Assembly (NCBI GenBank): GCA_035453905.1
Contig: DAOTDZ010000014.1
Coordinates: 86,452 to 150,451, forward strand
Direction of reading: 5' to 3'
Source: Myxococcota bacterium
Lineage (GTDB): Bacteria > Myxococcota > B64-G9
DNA: 64,000 nt
Both the position numbers and the translations under genes were made by a program. Under the pieces are notes generated by a model that was not told the DNA's origin, ran no database searches, and worked only from the letters and a program-made list of their open reading frames with translations. Below are positions 38,237 to 46,588 of the stretch, piece by piece. Position 1 is the first letter of the stretch; every line of letters starts with the position of its first letter.

Positions 38237-39001
38237 CTACGAAATCCTGGCTCGGCAGCGGAGGTGGAGCTCGTTCACGCGAGCCCACACGGCCTTCGCG
38301 AATTCGCTGGAATCTCTGAAGTCCTTGGGATGCAGCGGCGCGCCGACCTCCACGGCCACCTGCTCCCCGGTCACCACCCGGTCCATGGTCTTGGGCACCA
38401 CCCGGTAGGTGCCGTCGAGGCCGACCGGGATGATGGACAGCCCTTGCTCGTGGGCCGCCTCGATGGAGCCGGTGCGGATCTCCTGGCGGAGCTGGCCATC
38501 CGCGGAGCGCGTCCCCTCGGGGAACACCACCACGGCGGTCGATTCCTTGCACATGCGCAGGGTCTTCTCCAGCGCCTTGCGCCGGCTCTCCTTGCTGCCC
38601 CGCTTGATGAAGATGGTCCCGCCCGCGTAGGCGTGCATCCCGATGAAGGGCAGGTAGGCGACCAGGTCCTTGGACAGGAAGGCCACCGTGTCCAGGGCCT
38701 CCATGAGCACGGGGATGTCCACGTAGCTCTGGTGGTTGGAGACGAACATCATCCCGCGGCTGTCCGGCCGGGGGAGGTTCTCCTGACCGGTCACCTCGAG
38801 CTTGATGCCGAGCACGTAGCGGCGGACGTTCTTGGCCCACAGCACCATCATGTGGAGCTTCTTGAGGAGCTCCTCTCGCCGGTAGCGCCGGGTCACGAGC
38901 AGGGTCAGGGGCAACGGAACGACCAGGGCGTGGGGTGCAGACGCCGCGGCCGCGGCGACGAACCTGGCGAGCATGTTGAGGTGACCGAGCTTCAGTCGCA
39001 T
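38237..39001 (-). CDS. Lysophospholipid acyltransferase (PlsC/LPLAT family), second paralog
   Basis: GGGAGGTCGCC precedes ATG 39001. Motifs are NHQSYVD and FPEGTR. The N-terminal extension of ORF 38237..39403 is rejected. Confidence 0.75.
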   Translation of the reverse strand: MRLKLGHLNMLARFVAAAAASAPHALVVPLPLTLLVTRRYRREELLKKLHMMVLWAKNVRRYVLGIKLEVTGQENLPRPDSRGMMFVSNHQSYVDIPVLMEALDTVAFLSKDLVAYLPFIGMHAYAGGTIFIKRGSKESRRKALEKTLRMCKESTAVVVFPEGTRSADGQLRQEIRTGSIEAAHEQGLSIIPVGLDGTYRVVPKTMDRVVTGEQVAVEVGAPLHPKDFRDSSEFAKAVWARVNELHLRCRARIS

Positions 39002-39131
39002 GGCGACCTCCCGTACGGACATGGGGCGCATACTACTGTCCGTTTGGGTCGCAAGGCAATAGGTTCGTGCTGCACGGGCACTTGCGCAGTCCCGCGAGCC
39101 TGGACATGCTAGCGGTGGAGAGGAGGCGCCC

Positions 39132-39692
39132 ATGCCCGAGGACGCTCGAGGGTTGCGCGTGTGGCTGTGGGCACCGCTCACCGGGCTCGTCACCGCGGGG
39201 CTGGCCCTGGCCCTTCTGCTCGCCTGGCCCCCGTCGCAGCCGGACGATCCGGCCGGGCGCATGCCGGACTTCCTGGCGCAAGACGGCGGGACCCAGCCGC
39301 CCCCGGTCGCGGTCCACTGCCTGCGCCCGGGTGGACCCGGGCCCCTGCCGCAGGCGGATGGCACCTGCCGGGTGGGAGACCTGCTCTCGATCAAGGCGGC
39401 CACGAGGCGGGGCGAGCACTACCTGTCCGCGGCCTCCCTGGGGCCCGACGGCGCCGTGCGCTGGTACTTCCCCTCCGCCGGGGTGGCTAGCCTGGTGGTC
39501 GGTCCGGGCGGGCTGGCCAGCCGGGGCGCCCTCGTGGGCTCTGACCACCCGGCGGGTCGCCACGCGCTGTTCGTCCTGCTGAGCGCTGCCCCGCTGGCGG
39601 AGGCCGAGGCGCGCCTGGCACTCGAGCAGGTGCGCGCCGGGTGGCAGCCTGGGCCGCGGGTGCTGGAGGCCGAGTTCGAGGTCCTGCGGTGA
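39132..39692 (+). CDS. Hypothetical secreted protein
   Basis: GGAGAGGAGG precedes the ATG. The signal/TM segment is VWLWAPLTGLVTAGLALALLLAW. It is immediately upstream of a kinase gene. Confidence 0.5.
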   Translation: MPEDARGLRVWLWAPLTGLVTAGLALALLLAWPPSQPDDPAGRMPDFLAQDGGTQPPPVAVHCLRPGGPGPLPQADGTCRVGDLLSIKAATRRGEHYLSAASLGPDGAVRWYFPSAGVASLVVGPGGLASRGALVGSDHPAGRHALFVLLSAAPLAEAEARLALEQVRAGWQPGPRVLEAEFEVLR

Positions 39693-39708
39693 TCCCCCCG
39701 TTTCGGTT

Positions 39709-41271
39709 GTGACCCGCGCGGTTGGGTGGTATCCTGCCCCCCGTTCTCCGCGAGGTGCCCAGGTGTCGAACCTCGAGCCCGGACAGGCCTTCGGTCCCTA
39801 CGAGCTCCAGCGCCGGCTGGCGCGCGGCGGCATGGGCGAGATCTGGCTGGCCGAGCGCAAGGGCATGGCCGGCTTCTCCAAGCAGGTGGTGATCAAGACC
39901 ATCCTCGAGGACAACCTCGAGGAGCCCGGCGTGGTGCAGATGTTCCTGGACGAGGGACGCATCGCGGCCAACCTGCACCACCCGAACATCGCCCAGACCT
40001 ACGACCTCGGCGAGGTGAAGAGCACCTACTACATCGCCATGGAGTACGTGCACGGCCACGATCTGCGCGACCTGCTGCTGGTCCATCTGGAGAAGGGCCA
40101 GCTCATCCCGCTCAACATCTTGCTGAGGGTCACGGCCCAGGTGTGCGACGGGCTGCACTACGCCCACCACTGGAAGACCCCCGAGGGGCTGCCGGCCGGG
40201 ATCGTGCACCGCGACATCAGCCCGCAGAACATCCTCGTCACCTTCGACGGCGCATCCAAGATCATCGACTTCGGCATCGCCCGCGCGATGGCCGGCGCCT
40301 CCAAGACGCGCACCGGCGTGATCAAGGGCAAGTGCGCCTACATGTCCCCGGAGCAGGTCCAGGCCGAGAGCCTCGACGGCCGCTCGGACCTGTTCTCGCT
40401 GGGCGTGGTGATGTACGAGCTGATCACCGGCCGGCGGCTGTTCAAGCGCGACACCGAGATGGCCACCCTGGAGGCGGTCATCCGCACCAGCATCCCGCCG
40501 CCCACCAAGCTCGATCCGAGCGTGCCCAAGCCGGTCGAGGAGCTGGTGCTGAGGGCGCTGCAGCGCTCGCCCAAGAAGCGCTTCCAGACGGCCCAGGAGA
40601 TGCAGCTGGCCGTGGAGGAGGTCATGCAGGCGACCGGCCTGCTGGCCACCTCGGCCCACCTGTCGGCCTTCATGCGCAAGCTGTTCTCCGAGGACGTGGA
40701 GCTGAACCGGGAGCGGCTGCGGGCCCTGAAGGCCAAGCTGCCGGCCACCCCGGGCGCGACGGACGCCGCGGCCCCGATGCTGGAGCGCACCAAGCCCTTC
40801 GAGGTGGATCTCAGCAAGGGGTTGACCGGCGGGACCGAGGGCATCACCCGCGATCTGCGCGGCAAGCGCAAGGGCAAGGGCCGGGGACCCACCCCGCTGG
40901 CCTGGCTGCTGCTGGCCGGCCTGCTGGCCCTGGTGGCCGGCGGGCTCTTCGTCCTGTTCTACGACTTCGGCGGCCCGGCCGCCGGGACCGACGCCGGCCT
41001 GGCCGGCGAGCCCGCGCTCGACGCCGGGCCCGCCGCGGCCCTCGACGCCGGCCCTGCGGTCCCGGGTCTTCAAGGGACGGATGCCGTGGTCCCCGACGCC
41101 GGGGCGGCCGAGGCGGAGGGGGCCGACGCGGGTGTCCGGCCGCCGGCGGCGGACGACAGGCCCGCGCCCAGGCCGCCCGCGGGCAAGCGCAAGAAGGTCA
41201 AGCCGCCCGTGGGCCCGAAGCAGCCCGGAGATCCCAAGACCGATCCGCTCGACATCAAGCTCGAGCGCTGA
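39709..41271 (+). CDS. Ser/Thr protein kinase with a C-terminal TM segment and Pro/Ala-rich tail
   Basis: Kinase motifs are GRGGMGEIWLA, VIKTI, HRDISPQNIL, DFG and SPEQ. The TM helix is LAWLLLAGLLALVAGGLFVLF. The exact start is uncertain (GTG 39709 or GTG 39763). Confidence 0.85.
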   Translation: MTRAVGWYPAPRSPRGAQVSNLEPGQAFGPYELQRRLARGGMGEIWLAERKGMAGFSKQVVIKTILEDNLEEPGVVQMFLDEGRIAANLHHPNIAQTYDLGEVKSTYYIAMEYVHGHDLRDLLLVHLEKGQLIPLNILLRVTAQVCDGLHYAHHWKTPEGLPAGIVHRDISPQNILVTFDGASKIIDFGIARAMAGASKTRTGVIKGKCAYMSPEQVQAESLDGRSDLFSLGVVMYELITGRRLFKRDTEMATLEAVIRTSIPPPTKLDPSVPKPVEELVLRALQRSPKKRFQTAQEMQLAVEEVMQATGLLATSAHLSAFMRKLFSEDVELNRERLRALKAKLPATPGATDAAAPMLERTKPFEVDLSKGLTGGTEGITRDLRGKRKGKGRGPTPLAWLLLAGLLALVAGGLFVLFYDFGGPAAGTDAGLAGEPALDAGPAAALDAGPAVPGLQGTDAVVPDAGAAEAEGADAGVRPPAADDRPAPRPPAGKRKKVKPPVGPKQPGDPKTDPLDIKLER

Positions 41272-41288
41272 GCGCGGGGCGAGAGCAC

Positions 41289-44219
41289 ATGACATCGATG
41301 GCCGTGCGCCTGGGGCTGGTGGGCTGGCTCGTGTGTGTCCTGGCCGCGCTGCCGGCGCCCGTGGCGGCCCAGGCCGGGGGCACGACGCTCGACGCGGACG
41401 AGGCCGACGTGCAGTTCGAGCTCGGCAACGCCGCCTACAAGCGCAAGGACTTCCGCAGCGCCCTGTCCCACTACTTCGCCTCCAACCGCCTGGCGCCGAA
41501 CCGCAACGTGGTCTACAACCTGGCCCGCTGCTTCGAGGCCCTGGGGCAGCACGTGGAGGCGTACCGCTACTACCAGGTGTTCGGCAGCGGCGCGCTGAAG
41601 GACGCGGAGCGCAAGGCGCTGGACGAGGCGCTGGCCCGCATGCGGCCTTTCGTGGCCTTGCTGCGCGTGGAGAGCCAGCCGCCGGGCGCGACCATCTTCC
41701 TCAACCGGCGGGAGCTCGGCTCCTACGGCCTGACCCCGGCCGTGCTGGCCGTGGCCCCGGGCACCTACCGGGTCCTGCTGGCGCGGGACGGCCACCGCGA
41801 CTTCGAGAGCGCGGCGGCGGTGGCGGCGGTGGGCCGGGAGGTGGCGGTGCGCGGGGAGCTGGCGCGCCTGGTGGGGCGGCTGCGCGTGCTGGGCGAGCCG
41901 GCCGGGGCCGAGGTGCGGGTGGAGGATCCGGCCGGGACCCTGGTGCGCGCGCTGCCCGCCGAGCTGGAGGTGAGCCCGGGCGCGGTCCGGGTGGTGATCA
42001 CCCGCGAAGGCTTCCAGCCCCTGGAGCGCAGCGTGCGCATCGAGGTCGGACAGACCGAGAGCCTGGAGGTGAGCCTGGCGCCGCAGACCGGCACGCTGCT
42101 GGTCGAGAGCGCCGAGCGGGACGCGCTGATCCTGGTGGATGGGAAGCCCGCGGGCTTCACCCCGGCCGTGCTCGATCGGCTGCCGGTCGGCCGGCACGAG
42201 GTGGTCGTCCGCCAGGATGGCTTCCTGCCCTTCCGCACCGAGGTGGAGGTGGCCCCCGACGCGCGCGTGGTGGTGGAGGCCACGCTGCAGATCGTGGAGG
42301 ACGTGGCCGCCGCCTCGCGCCTCCAAGAGAGCGTGCGCGACGCGCCCGCCTCGGTCAGCCTGATCCCGCGCCGCGAGCTGGAGGCCTTCGGCTTCTCGAG
42401 CGCCGCCGACGCCCTGACCGGCCAGCGGGGCGTGTACCTGACCGACGACGGCACCTACAAGTCGATCGGGCTGCGGGGCTACAGCCCCTTCGGGCAGTAC
42501 GGCAACCGCCTGCTCGTCCAGCTGGACGGCCACTCGCTCAACGACGACTGGATCGGTTCGTCCTACATCGGCTTCGACCTGCTCAGCGATCTCGGCGCGG
42601 TCGAGCGCCTCGAGCTGATCCGCGGCCCGGGCTCGGCCCTGTACGGCACCGGCGCCTTCTTCGGCGTGCTGAACCTGGTGTCCCCCCAGCGCACCCGGGA
42701 GGAGTACGTCTCGGGGGGGTTCGGCCTGGTCGGCCCGGGCACGCTGCGGGGGCGCGCCACGGGCAGCGCCTCCCTCGGCGAGGAGGCGGGCTTCTGGCTG
42801 AGCGCCGGCGGGCTGTACGGGCAGGGGCAGGACTACCGCTCGCCGGCCAGGGTGGGCTCGGCCGAGGCGCCGGACGGGGTGGCCCACGGGATGGGCGAGG
42901 CCGTGGCCGCCTCCGCGCTGGGCAAGGTCTTCTGGCGCGACCTGACCCTGCAGTTCTACCACCACCTGCGCGACAAGCAGGTGCCCAGCGCCTCCTTCGG
43001 CACCATCTTCGGCGACACCCGCACCCACAGCGACGACGCCCGCTCGTTCGTCGAGCTGCGCTACGAGCCCCGCTTCGGCGAGACGTTCCAGCTCCTCGGG
43101 CGCCTGTCCTACGATCACTACGGCTACGACGGCGCCTTCGCCTACGACGATCCGGACGCCGGCCTGGCCCGGGAGTTCTACCGCGGCGACTGGACCACCC
43201 TGGAGCTGCGCGGGCTGGTCACCCCTGGCTACGGCCTGCGCCTGACGGTGGGCGGCGCGTTCGAGCAGCACTTCGCCAACCCGGGGGTGGGCGTGTACGG
43301 CGCCACCGGCGAGGTGTACTACCGCGAGCTGCACCCGTTCCAGACCTTCGCCGGCTACCTGGTGCTGGACTACGCCCCGCTCGACTGGCTGGCACTCTCG
43401 GCCGGGGCCCGCTTCGATGGCTCGCTGCTGTCCGACCTGCCCGACGAAGCCGGGGGCGTCGAGGACCGCTTCCTGTACTCGGTGAACCCCCGCCTGGCGG
43501 TGATCTTCAAGCCCGGCGCGGACGACACCCTGAAGCTGATGGCCGGCACCGCCTTCCGCGCCCCGTCCATCTACGAGCTGACCTACTGGGACGGGGGCCT
43601 GACCCAGGTGCAGAGCCCGGGGCTCGAGCCCGAGGGCATCTACACCGGCGAGCTGGAGTACACCCGCCGGCTGCCCGCGGGGTTCTCGATCACCGCGGCG
43701 GTGTTCCTGAACTACATCCAGGAGCTGATCGCCCAGCGGGGCTCCGGTGACGAGAGCGACCCGCTGTACTACGTGAACCAGGACGAGGCGGTCTGGACGC
43801 TGGGCGGGGAGCTCGAGCTGCGGCGCGAGTTCCGCGAGGGCTGGATGCTGGGGCTGCAGTACTCCTACCAGCGCACCCGCGTGGACGGCCTGCTCGACGG
43901 CGCCGAGCTGCCCAACTCGCCCGAGCACCTGGCCGGGGTGCGGGCGGTGGTGCCGCTGGCCGGGCGCTACCTGCAGCTCGCCACCCGGCTGGCCGTGGAG
44001 GCGGGCCGGCTCGATCGCCAGGGCGGACGCACGGGCACGGCCGTGCTGTGGGACGCCACCCTGTCCGGGGAGCTCGACGCGTTCGGCCTGCGCTACGCGC
44101 TGGGCGCGCGCAACCTGCTCGACTGGCGCGTGGAGCATCCGGTGGGCGAGGACATCCTGGACCTCACCCAGCGCCAGCCCGGCCTGGGGCTGTTCCTCGA
44201 TCTGTCCTGGGCGTACTAG
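41289..44219 (+). CDS. TonB-dependent outer-membrane receptor with an N-terminal TPR-like region and three PEGA domains
   Basis: The signal peptide precedes PEGA units (PPGATIFLNRRELG...APGTYRV, TLLVESAERDALILVDGKPAGFTP). The plug is GLRGYSPFGQYGNRLLVQLDGHSLND. A 22-strand barrel region follows and the C-terminus is aromatic (SWAY). The upstream part of ORF 39726.. is rejected. Confidence 0.8.
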   Translation: MTSMAVRLGLVGWLVCVLAALPAPVAAQAGGTTLDADEADVQFELGNAAYKRKDFRSALSHYFASNRLAPNRNVVYNLARCFEALGQHVEAYRYYQVFGSGALKDAERKALDEALARMRPFVALLRVESQPPGATIFLNRRELGSYGLTPAVLAVAPGTYRVLLARDGHRDFESAAAVAAVGREVAVRGELARLVGRLRVLGEPAGAEVRVEDPAGTLVRALPAELEVSPGAVRVVITREGFQPLERSVRIEVGQTESLEVSLAPQTGTLLVESAERDALILVDGKPAGFTPAVLDRLPVGRHEVVVRQDGFLPFRTEVEVAPDARVVVEATLQIVEDVAAASRLQESVRDAPASVSLIPRRELEAFGFSSAADALTGQRGVYLTDDGTYKSIGLRGYSPFGQYGNRLLVQLDGHSLNDDWIGSSYIGFDLLSDLGAVERLELIRGPGSALYGTGAFFGVLNLVSPQRTREEYVSGGFGLVGPGTLRGRATGSASLGEEAGFWLSAGGLYGQGQDYRSPARVGSAEAPDGVAHGMGEAVAASALGKVFWRDLTLQFYHHLRDKQVPSASFGTIFGDTRTHSDDARSFVELRYEPRFGETFQLLGRLSYDHYGYDGAFAYDDPDAGLAREFYRGDWTTLELRGLVTPGYGLRLTVGGAFEQHFANPGVGVYGATGEVYYRELHPFQTFAGYLVLDYAPLDWLALSAGARFDGSLLSDLPDEAGGVEDRFLYSVNPRLAVIFKPGADDTLKLMAGTAFRAPSIYELTYWDGGLTQVQSPGLEPEGIYTGELEYTRRLPAGFSITAAVFLNYIQELIAQRGSGDESDPLYYVNQDEAVWTLGGELELRREFREGWMLGLQYSYQRTRVDGLLDGAELPNSPEHLAGVRAVVPLAGRYLQLATRLAVEAGRLDRQGGRTGTAVLWDATLSGELDAFGLRYALGARNLLDWRVEHPVGEDILDLTQRQPGLGLFLDLSWAY

Positions 44220-44238
44220 CGGGGAGGCGGGGAGTAGA

Positions 44239-45333
44239 TCAGTTGCAGCCGGCCGGAGCGCCGATCACGCCCTCGACGAACTCCATCATCGAGAGCTTCT
44301 CGTTGTCGGGGATGTCCACGCCCTGGGCCACCCACACGCTGCCGTCCTGCTTGTTGATCGGGCCGTAGAACACGTCCCAGGTGCCGGCCACGAGCTCGGC
44401 CTGCTTGGTGGCCACCTCGTCCCGGACGGCCTGCGTCACCGCGTCGTTGTAGGCGCCCACGGCCACGATGCCGTCCGCGATCGAGCCCCAGTAGCTGTGG
44501 CTGGTCCAGGTGCCGTCCTTGACCGCCTGCACGCGGCGCGAGTAGTAGGGGCCCCAGTGCCAGACGGCGCTGGTCAGGATGGCGGTGGGCACGAAGCTCA
44601 GCGTGTCCGAGTCATAGCCGATGGCCCAGGCGCCGGCGGCCGCGGCGCGCTCGGCGGTGGCGGTCGAGTCCTGGTGCTGCGCCAGGAGATCGCAGCCGGC
44701 GGCCAGCAGCTCGTCGGCCGCGGCGGCCTCCAGGGTCGGATCGAACCAGGTGCAGGTCCAGCGCACCTCGACCGTGGCGGTCGGGTTCACGCTGCGCACG
44801 CCCAGGGTGAAGGCGTTGAGCATGCGGATGACCTCGGGGATGGGGAAGGCCGCCACGTAGCCGATGCGGCCGTTCGTGGTCATGCGCCCGGCCACGATGC
44901 CGGTCAGGTAGCGGGCCTGGTACATGCGGCCGAAGTAGTTGGCCAGGTTCGTGCCGGCCTTGTAGCCCGAGCAGTGCTCGAACTTGACCTCGGGGAACTG
45001 CGCGGCCGCCGTCTCGGTGGGATCCATGTAGCCGAAGGAGGTGGTGAAGATGATGTCGTTGCCGTCCGCCACCAGATCTGCGAGCACCGGGCCGAGGGCC
45101 TCGGCGGTCTCGGCCACGCTGTCGACGTAGGTGGTCTCCACGTCGTCCACCTCGAGCTCCACCTGCAGCCGGCCCTGGTCGTGGGCGTAGGTCCAGCCCA
45201 GATCACCGGGCTGGCTGATGTACACCCAGGCCGCCTTGGTCGTGGTGTCCTCGTCTCCGCCGTCGTCGCAGGCCGCGATCAGGCCGCCGAACGCAAACAC
45301 GCCCAGAACCACACCCCACATCTTGGAACGCAT
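44239..45333 (-). CDS. BMP-family (PnrA/Med-like) ABC-transporter substrate-binding lipoprotein
   Basis: GGAGG precedes ATG 45333. The lipobox is LIAAC. BMP-family features include WVYISQPGDLGWTY and GYVAAFPIPEV. Confidence 0.75.
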   Translation of the reverse strand: MRSKMWGVVLGVFAFGGLIAACDDGGDEDTTTKAAWVYISQPGDLGWTYAHDQGRLQVELEVDDVETTYVDSVAETAEALGPVLADLVADGNDIIFTTSFGYMDPTETAAAQFPEVKFEHCSGYKAGTNLANYFGRMYQARYLTGIVAGRMTTNGRIGYVAAFPIPEVIRMLNAFTLGVRSVNPTATVEVRWTCTWFDPTLEAAAADELLAAGCDLLAQHQDSTATAERAAAAGAWAIGYDSDTLSFVPTAILTSAVWHWGPYYSRRVQAVKDGTWTSHSYWGSIADGIVAVGAYNDAVTQAVRDEVATKQAELVAGTWDVFYGPINKQDGSVWVAQGVDIPDNEKLSMMEFVEGVIGAPAGCN

Positions 45334-45359
45334 GTCGTCCTCCCTCTTGCGTTTCCCTC

Positions 45360-46586
45360 TTACTCGAGGGCTTCGATCCGGTCCTGCCGGATGGTCCATA
45401 GGTCCACACGCCCGTCCATCAGATCCCCCCGCTCGTCCATGTCGACCGTCCCCGTCGTCCCCTCGTAGTCGAGGTTCATCCCCTGAGCCGCCAGCTCCAT
45501 GGCCTGCTCCAGATCGTTCCAGCCGAGCTGCTCTCCGGGCGCCGAGGCGACCTGGCCGACCTGGTCGCGGATCGCGGCGCCCGAGGGGGCCGCGCCGGAC
45601 TCCTCGGCGGCCCGGGCCATGGCCAGCACCAGGACCATGGCCGCGTCGTAGTAGAAGTAGGCCGCGTTGAGCGGCGCCTCGCCCTCCCAGCGGCTGGCGA
45701 AGTCCTCGGCGAAGGCGTCGGTGATCGAGGCCTGCCCCAGCGCGGGCGCCACGCCCACCGCGCCGTCCAGGACGCCCGGCGGCACGTTGTCCAGGAACAC
45801 GTCGGCCTTGAGCGCGGGCGCCAGGTAGAAGCGGGCCTGACCGCCGCGCACGCTCCACTCCTGGACGATCTGCGCCCCGGTGCTGGCGTAGGACATCAGC
45901 GCGATGGCGTCGGGCTTGGACTCCAGGATCGGGGTGAGCAGCCGGTTGAAGTCGGGCGGCACCCCGGGCTGGAAGGAGACCGAGGTCAGGGTCTGGATGT
46001 TGCGGCCGATGAGCTCGTTGACCAGGATGTTGTTCAGCCCCAGGCCGTACAGATCGCCGACGTAGATGATCTGGGCCAGGCGCACCCCGTCGGCCTGCAT
46101 CCGTTCGGCCATGGCGCGGCCCAGCTCGCGGGCGGTGGGGCAGGTGCGGAACCAGAAGCCGTTGTCGGCCAGCGTGCTGAAGAAGGGCGAGGTCACTCCG
46201 CCCGAGATGACCACCACGTTGCGGGTGGCGGCCACGGGCGCGAGCTGCTTGCCCATCTCCTCGTCCTGGGGCCCGAGGATGGCCACCACGCCCTCGTCCA
46301 TCAGCTCCTGGGCGGCGTCGAAGCCGCGCCTGAGATCGGAGTGGGTGTCCTTGGTGACCAGCCACAGGGGCCGCCCGGCGATGCCGCCGGCCTCGTTGAC
46401 CTGATCGAGGACCTGCAGGATGGCGCGCTCGATGTTGGCGCCCTCGGAGGCGATGTCCCCGGTGAAGGGCAGCAGCGCCCCCACCTTGAGGGCGTCCGCG
46501 GGAGGGCCTCCGGCCGGCTCCACGCAGCCCGCGGCCAGGAGGATGAGGCCAAGCGCCAGCCAGGCCGGGCAGCGTTCGGTGCTCAT
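45360..46586 (-). CDS. Type-I periplasmic binding protein (LivJ/branched-chain-amino-acid-type ABC substrate-binding lipoprotein)
   Basis: ATG 46586 is 2 nt after the stop of the upstream TonB-receptor gene. The lipobox is LLAAGC. LKVGALLPFTGDIASEG is typical of the Leu/Ile/Val-binding family. Confidence 0.75.
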   Translation of the reverse strand: MSTERCPAWLALGLILLAAGCVEPAGGPPADALKVGALLPFTGDIASEGANIERAILQVLDQVNEAGGIAGRPLWLVTKDTHSDLRRGFDAAQELMDEGVVAILGPQDEEMGKQLAPVAATRNVVVISGGVTSPFFSTLADNGFWFRTCPTARELGRAMAERMQADGVRLAQIIYVGDLYGLGLNNILVNELIGRNIQTLTSVSFQPGVPPDFNRLLTPILESKPDAIALMSYASTGAQIVQEWSVRGGQARFYLAPALKADVFLDNVPPGVLDGAVGVAPALGQASITDAFAEDFASRWEGEAPLNAAYFYYDAAMVLVLAMARAAEESGAAPSGAAIRDQVGQVASAPGEQLGWNDLEQAMELAAQGMNLDYEGTTGTVDMDERGDLMDGRVDLWTIRQDRIEALE

Positions 46587-46588
46587 GG

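Noticed and set aside
37903-38280. tRNA or small mobile element in the AT-rich island
   Set aside because: I could not fold any cloverleaf by eye, and there is no GGTTCGAATCC-type T-arm. I also see no terminal inverted repeats or transposase ORF.
39726-41288. N-terminal part of the 1497-aa plus-strand ORF
   Set aside because: It is an alternative frame of the Ser/Thr kinase gene. The TonB receptor starts at ATG 41289 with its own signal peptide.
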